Source: Trichosphaerium sp. ATCC 40318 (taxonomy: Eukaryota > Protista > Tubulinea). Taken from it: a DNA stretch of 64,000 nt. The notes beneath the pieces are model-generated. The model was not told where the DNA came from. It ran no database searches and saw only the letters and a list, made by a program, of their open reading frames with translations. The stretch spans positions 1 through 64,000 of the forward strand of contig JALMLS010000072.1 of the NCBI GenBank assembly GCA_038496445.1, given 5' to 3'. The translations under genes and the position numbers were made by a program. The first letter of the stretch is position 1, and every line of letters starts with the position of its first letter. Positions 58,055-64,000 of the stretch are shown here, piece by piece.

Positions 58055-58284
58055 GATCCTTTTCAAACGAGCTACAGGCTTACAAAGGCTAATATTGACC
58101 ATTTTATCCAGCACACCCCAATCAACGTTAATTAAGCAATTGGTTGCTCCGCTCCGCCAACGGATTGACGTCATAGGGCTGGAGATAATAATTGTGCAAT
58201 TTTGGGTGTCTTCACCTCAGGTGGTGTTGTAGCCAAGTGGAATAGCTCGATACAGTACATTTAACACTACAGCGCGCAGTTATC

Positions 58285-60554
58285 ATGGAAATGGACTTAG
58301 GCTCAATAGAAAATGAAATACGCGAACTAGAGGAAAATACGAGGTACTGTTGCTCTCGCGAGCGTCTGTTGACCTTATTGCAGAAAAGCAAGCAAACAAT
58401 TGTCTTCAACTTTGACGGAAGTGACGAAACTTCAACAAGGTACCTTTGTCTTATTCATACGCGTTTTTATGAACCTATCCTTTTTTGCTACGCAATTACT
58501 GTTTCAACCAACACTTCAAACAGGCAATCGAGATCTAGAGGAGCAGATTAAACAAGCGCAAGTGTCTAATGGTAAGTACAAATACTGAAAAAAAAAAAAC
58601 CATTGGATGGACACTAACACGTTTAGTAATGGATGAAACATCGCGTCAATTGCTCAAACAAAACGAATTATTAACATCAGAATTGTCCAGTCTACAACAA
58701 ACAATAAAGGAAAAAGCGCGATCAATACGGTACAGCAATAGCATATTACGCCTAAACACTGTCCAAGTATGACAAAACTGACCTAAATAGCCAAAAACGC
58801 CGACAAGTAGCTAAACACGGAAATGCTACAGGTCCATCAAACGGAAACTTCCAGAGAAGGCACGCACCCAGCAAGGCTTTATTAATAACGAAAGGCCACT
58901 CCTCTACAAATTTCTTGATAGCTTTAATCCTTCACTCTTTCGTCTGTAGCAACACGCTTACGAACAGAATAGGCGCCAAGATAGTGAGAGTCTGGATGGT
59001 ACACCTGCAGCGATAAAACAAGTAATGATTTCAAAAGCCAAGGCTCTATACGACTATCGTGGTACGTGTTTTAATAGGCGTATAATGACAAAATCAATAT
59101 GATACTAAAAGAAAAAAGGGTACAACGAGGGTGACTTAACATTCAGACGAGGAGATGTCATCATCATTGTAAATAAAGATGACGTGCGTATATAAACGTA
59201 TTAGTAGATTTAAACTCTTACCAATGATTGTATAGGAGTGGTGGATTGGTTACTTAAAGGGTAAGACGGGATATGTGCCGTCTAATTATGTGCAAGAAAC
59301 AGAACATGGTAATTATTAAACTTACAAGAAAAACTTTTCTCACTCCGAGTGATAGGTTTTAACAGCAATAATAATGGTGTACAAAATGCCCCAAAGTTAC
59401 CAGCTCCAATGGATAAAGATAAGGCTAGAAGAACACTTGAGGTTGCTAAAGAAGGTAACCTTAATTTGTGAAGAATATTTTACTCAAGTTTTACTAGATA
59501 TCAACAAGTTGCGTATGGCTTCTGCTCAGAGAGACTATGAGGATGCTCAAGGCGGTGCGAAAACGCCTTATGGTATGTCCACGTATGGTAGTGATTACAG
59601 CTACGGAGGGGAGTCGTATACAAGCGAGGAATCGTATTCTTACTCTGATGCCGAACAACAATCGCCACAAACTGTACATTTTATTTCAGATCATAGAGGT
59701 GTACGCCTTTTTTCTTTATATAGATGAACATCAAAGTCTTATTTATTCGCCATTTTAGGGACAGGCAGTAGAAGAGGCTCCACCTTCTAATTGGTACGCA
59801 GTGTTCAAAAAAAAAGAGTTATATTGATCGTGTCTTTATTTATTCTCGTTAGGCATTCCAACTACGATAAATTACCGAAACAAAGTCAGCCTCAGAAACA
59901 AGAACCGGCATACTATATGCTACCTTCAAAGGTAAACAAAACATAACCTTTTGACGCCATTAAAGAAATACTTTCTATTTCTTTTTATTGGACCAACCAA
60001 GCCAACTAGTTTCTTTGATTTACTTTGTTTCTAGAAACATGATCGTGCTATTAGCGCTCCAATACAACAATCGCGAAGAGAAAGTAATGTAGTAGAGCAA
60101 CAAGATAAAATACGTGATAAGTTAAAAGATATAATTGGTACAGTACTAAGAGCAGTACATGATACATTGCTTGAGGTTCGTAGAGCCACAACAGTAACCC
60201 AAGTGAAGCAATATATCGTTAAGGTCAAAAAAATAGGTGATGTACGTACTACAAAGCCCCACGTGCTTTTTTTCTTTATTCTCTGAAATTAAACACCAGT
60301 CACGTGACACTTTTTTTTTATAGTTGCTTGAACAAGGAACAACGTACATCACGTTTACTGCAAAGAAAAAATTTGCTAGACCTCAAGGTGCAACTAAAGT
60401 AGAAATGGGAAGAGCTCTTCTTGTTTATCAACTTGAAATTGCTTTATCCCGATTGACTCAGATCCATAGGATCTTAGATAGTCTTAATGGTAATGCTTTA
60501 TTGCATACAGGTAAATTACTATCAATACTTAGAAAGACTGTCCTTCAACTGTAA
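58285..60554 (+). CDS. Coiled-coil plus SH3-domain protein, multi-exon
   Basis: KAKALYDYRGYNEGDLTFRRGDVI..EWWIGYLKGKTGYVPSNYVQ SH3 signature, flanked by coiled-coil exons. Confidence 0.8.
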
Positions 60555-60870
60555 CATAAATAATGTACAAATATCTTTGTAGTCTCTTATAATTTGTTAT
60601 CCTTCCTTACAGCGTATACATTCTATGAATGTCAAGGTTGGTCCACAAATGTGCCTATGTATTATTAAATACTAGTGCAGAATTTCTAGTAGAAAAAGTT
60701 GCGCAAAATCGCTGCTGTGACTATCTAAAAGATGCTACAATAATAACAGAATTGATTTTGTGACCTTTATTTTATTGGATTTGGATAAGCTACAATAGCA
60801 CACATACATCAAGAAGACAAGAAGACAGTAACTAAATGATTATGCAATACTTGCATAGTTGACTTTTGTT

Positions 60871-63800
60871 CTAAAGGTCCAATACGACTTGAACTGAATT
60901 AGTTACTGATACCTTCTTGTATTTTTTCTTGAGGTACTTTACTTTGGACGTATCTCCTAAATGTCTTTGTTATTTCAAAGCTACCAAATATTCGAATAGC
61001 GTGATAATCATAGACATACCGCAAAATACAAGAATAGGCATTTTAATGTTTTGCTTATCTTTCCGTATTGTTTTAACTAGCTTCTCTGCTGCAAGTTCAT
61101 CTCCATCACCTTTACGATAGCTGTTTGTAATTATACGTAACCTGTTATTACAGAATCCTTTAAACTTTTTAAGCCATGCCAAAGCTTCAGATGAGGACGT
61201 CATTACAAGCACCTTTATTGTGGATTAGTGCTTTTTTTCGGAGTGTAAAAGATGGTTGTACTTGTGTCTTTTTTGGTCTTGCTTCTAGTAGCTCCAAAAT
61301 CTTTCTGTTTTCATCGGACAATCTATCATCGACCCATAACACAAGACACTTTGCGTCTCTGTACTTAAGTTTGAATTCATCTAGATGATCACTGCTGATG
61401 CGATTATAGTAAACAAGATATCGAGGAAGAACCTACACAAAACTTAACACCAACAAAACAACCAAAAATGCAAAAAAAAATTGTACTTGGTTTTTGGAGA
61501 ACACTACAATCTCGTCATAGTCAGGTTTCTCATCTTTCTTACATGGGAAGCAAACAGTAGCCTTTCCTTTCTTCTTAACAATAGCGTAGTGAGAATCATA
61601 TCCATCCTTGAGAAAGATATAATTAGTACCAACTCTGAAGGCAAAGTGTCATGACAAAACAAAAAATAAATACCTTGCATCCTTTGCCATACAAAGTTTT
61701 AGGATGACCTGGAATAGGATCCTCAGTAGCTGGGTAAGGTTTTCCCATCATCACCCATGATATTAACATGCATGGATTCTTTACAGGATTCTTTCCCCAT
61801 TCAGCGTACACCTTTCCTAAACAAACAGCCTTAGAAGTCTAATACATTGTATCTGAATCCTACCATAATCAGGGAATTGCGTAAAATAGATACCATTCCC
61901 TTTTTTGAAGAAAGTAAGTAGGTGTCAATCACACACGTGGAGTTTGTACCAAAGTATCCTTCATCTTTCTGTGTATCTGCTTTACCCTTGCTGATCACTG
62001 GTTCTCTAAAGTTTGTTGAAGCAATTTTAAAACTGGTGTCCTGGAGGATCAACAATTAGTATCATGATATTGGAAGGAGGCCGCTCACTTCAGTTGTGCC
62101 ATGGAAACCAGCGATGAGGTTGATTTGCTCATTACCAGAAACACGCATCACATAGTTCTTCAAATAATTCATTGTTCTTTCTTGAGCTTCAAGAGTTTCC
62201 TTATCAACAGAATCTGTCTGTTTGGAACCTTACAGAATGTAAATACGGAGAAGAGATAAGCGTGGGTGTTGATATTATTTACCTGAGGTTTTAGATTGAA
62301 GCACGTTTTTTACAAGGACCTCATGTTGTTTTTTAAACTTATCTTCGAGCGCTGGATTATCAAAGAAAACAATCTTTTCCAATTCAAAGAACGACTCGCT
62401 GTCTGTACCCATGAACTTTGAGAACATAACACGAGCTCTCAAGTACTCGTCATGACGTTCCTAATGCGATTTATCAACAAGAGAAGAACCAAAAATAGTT
62501 AACTATTGTAAAATACCTTATTTGTTTCGTCACTGTGAAGAGTTGTCCATCTCAACCCTGGATATTTTGCTTTATTTTGTTTCCAATCTCCTTGTTTGAG
62601 GAACGCTTGTCCATGAATGCTACTCCAAAAGTTCACACGGCTATTGTCAAGAGCAGGGAATCCTTCTTTTAAATGAGTAGGGGTAACAGAGTGTCCTAAA
62701 GTCATTGCTTGAGTAAAAGATTTGCTGATATGATTCAGCTGAAGAATAGCGCTTACCTGTTAGCTTACATACGTATGAAGGCTTTGATACAACAAAAAAC
62801 CCCCGCTTTGTATCTTAACTGGACATAGTTGAACCTGTTTAGCATCCAAAGGCTCCAAGTACTCATGAAGACATTCCTGTAGAAAAAGTAAATATTTTGC
62901 TAAGATTCGCGTTTAAGTACCGTCCACAGATGTGGTGCTATGCCTCGTATAACAACATTTATCGCTCGGTTGTTAAAATACAAAACAATTGTATTACCAT
63001 AGAAATCAGTTAATACGATCAAATTGGAGAAGAGCCGGAACTCTTTGTTTTGGAATTCTGCAAAATGTAAGAATTATTGATTGATGGTTTTGAGGTACAC
63101 GTACTTCTTAGTCTTCTCTGCAAGTCGTTGAATACGTCTTCCGAGATATCAAGTACTCTTAGCTCATACGCTAAGAACTTTGGGATAGCTTTCACAAGCT
63201 CATATGTAGGAGGGAGTGACTATCAGATAACATTAGATTTTTTTTTAATAAAAATCACTGAACAGGTGCTAGCTATCACTGACGTACAATTTTTTTATCT
63301 TCATTCTCTTTAGTGATTGTATGGACTACTTGGCCTGATATTTCATCGTCTTTTGTTGGCGTATAACATAACATCTTCCACTTTGATGATTTTTTTGATA
63401 AACGAAATACTTGGGGTAACTCAGACTGTTTGTTGTTTGTTGTCTGGACTAAAGTGATACTGTGATCCTGTTTTGTCAAAGGCGGGAAGTATAGCATATC
63501 AGCTTTAGGTAATAGAGATATAATAATATAACCATCAGCACCATAAACTATCTAAACAGATTGTGAATTCACTTGTGTTTTTTTGTGACAAAAATCATGA
63601 AATATGCTAAGTCAACTTACCTTTTCTTCTTTTGTCAAGCGAATACAGAATGACATTTGAACCAAGAAGCTCATTACTTGTTTCACTTGATATTTATCAC
63701 ATGTTGGAAATAGTGTAGAGATACGATAGTACACCTCAGATTCAGTTAATACAGCGCAAGTATTCCTGCTCTTGTTTTTTAGCAGTCTATCAAGATGCTC

Positions 63801-64000
63801 TGTAGGAGCTATGAAGGCGCTCATTATACGAGATAGAATAGGTGGGTGCAAACAAATCATGTATGTAGACTACAATAAAGGAATTAAAGTCAGAATTAGA
63901 AGAAAATGATTTCAGAATATGCTAAACCGAAGACGTTCGGAAAAGCCAAGCTCAAAAAAAATACCTCGTCAAACATTATGCTGCCAATAGAATGAAGGTA
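60871..64000 (-). CDS. Large protein, 5' end outside window: COR-like region, PARP-like ADP-ribosyltransferase domain, C-terminal receiver-like domain
   Basis: PARP H-Y-E motifs AGFHGT, GYFGNGIYFT, YDEIVVF..QVLPRYLVYY; C-terminal LVLWVDD..ILVFCG. The upstream LHPPILSRIMSAFIAP/YFPPL segment is only tentatively COR-like. Confidence 0.75.

Overview
Compact, intron-dense eukaryotic DNA, probably from a protist (amoeba-like gene content; the taxon cannot be fixed from sequence alone). Introns are mostly 40-120 nt, with GTACGT/GTAAGT donors and several GC donors. Positions 1-5798 are a rearranged, probably chimeric block: an inverted copy of EFL1 plus a copy of a POLE2 segment. Housekeeping genes follow: EFL1, Kelch-SAM protein, V-ATPase E, a ubiquitin E2, SLX9, SUMO, DCAF13, VPS51, POLE2, an SMYD-like SET protein, CNNM, an F-box/MORN-variant protein, importin-4, a secreted protein, an LRR relic, an expansin, tRNA-Pro, ABCC, a USP22-like DUB, an SH3 protein and a COR-like/PARP-like/receiver-like protein. 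The outstanding feature is 37.5-47.4 kb: a co-oriented, operon-like cluster with domains for every histidine-biosynthesis step (hisB | hisH-hisF | hisA-like-hisI-hisE | hisD-hisG | hisC-HAD phosphatase), although the HisA-like domain looks catalytically degenerate. By manual splicing it carries about 39 spliceosomal introns, yet three consecutive junctions are stop/start overlaps (ATGA, a splice-created ATGA, TAATG). A spliced leader ORF with no obvious 5' AUG overlaps the first gene. This suggests an intronised, possibly polycistronic and translationally coupled his operon in a eukaryote. All gene models and family assignments come from manual splicing and motif recognition; no database searches were run.
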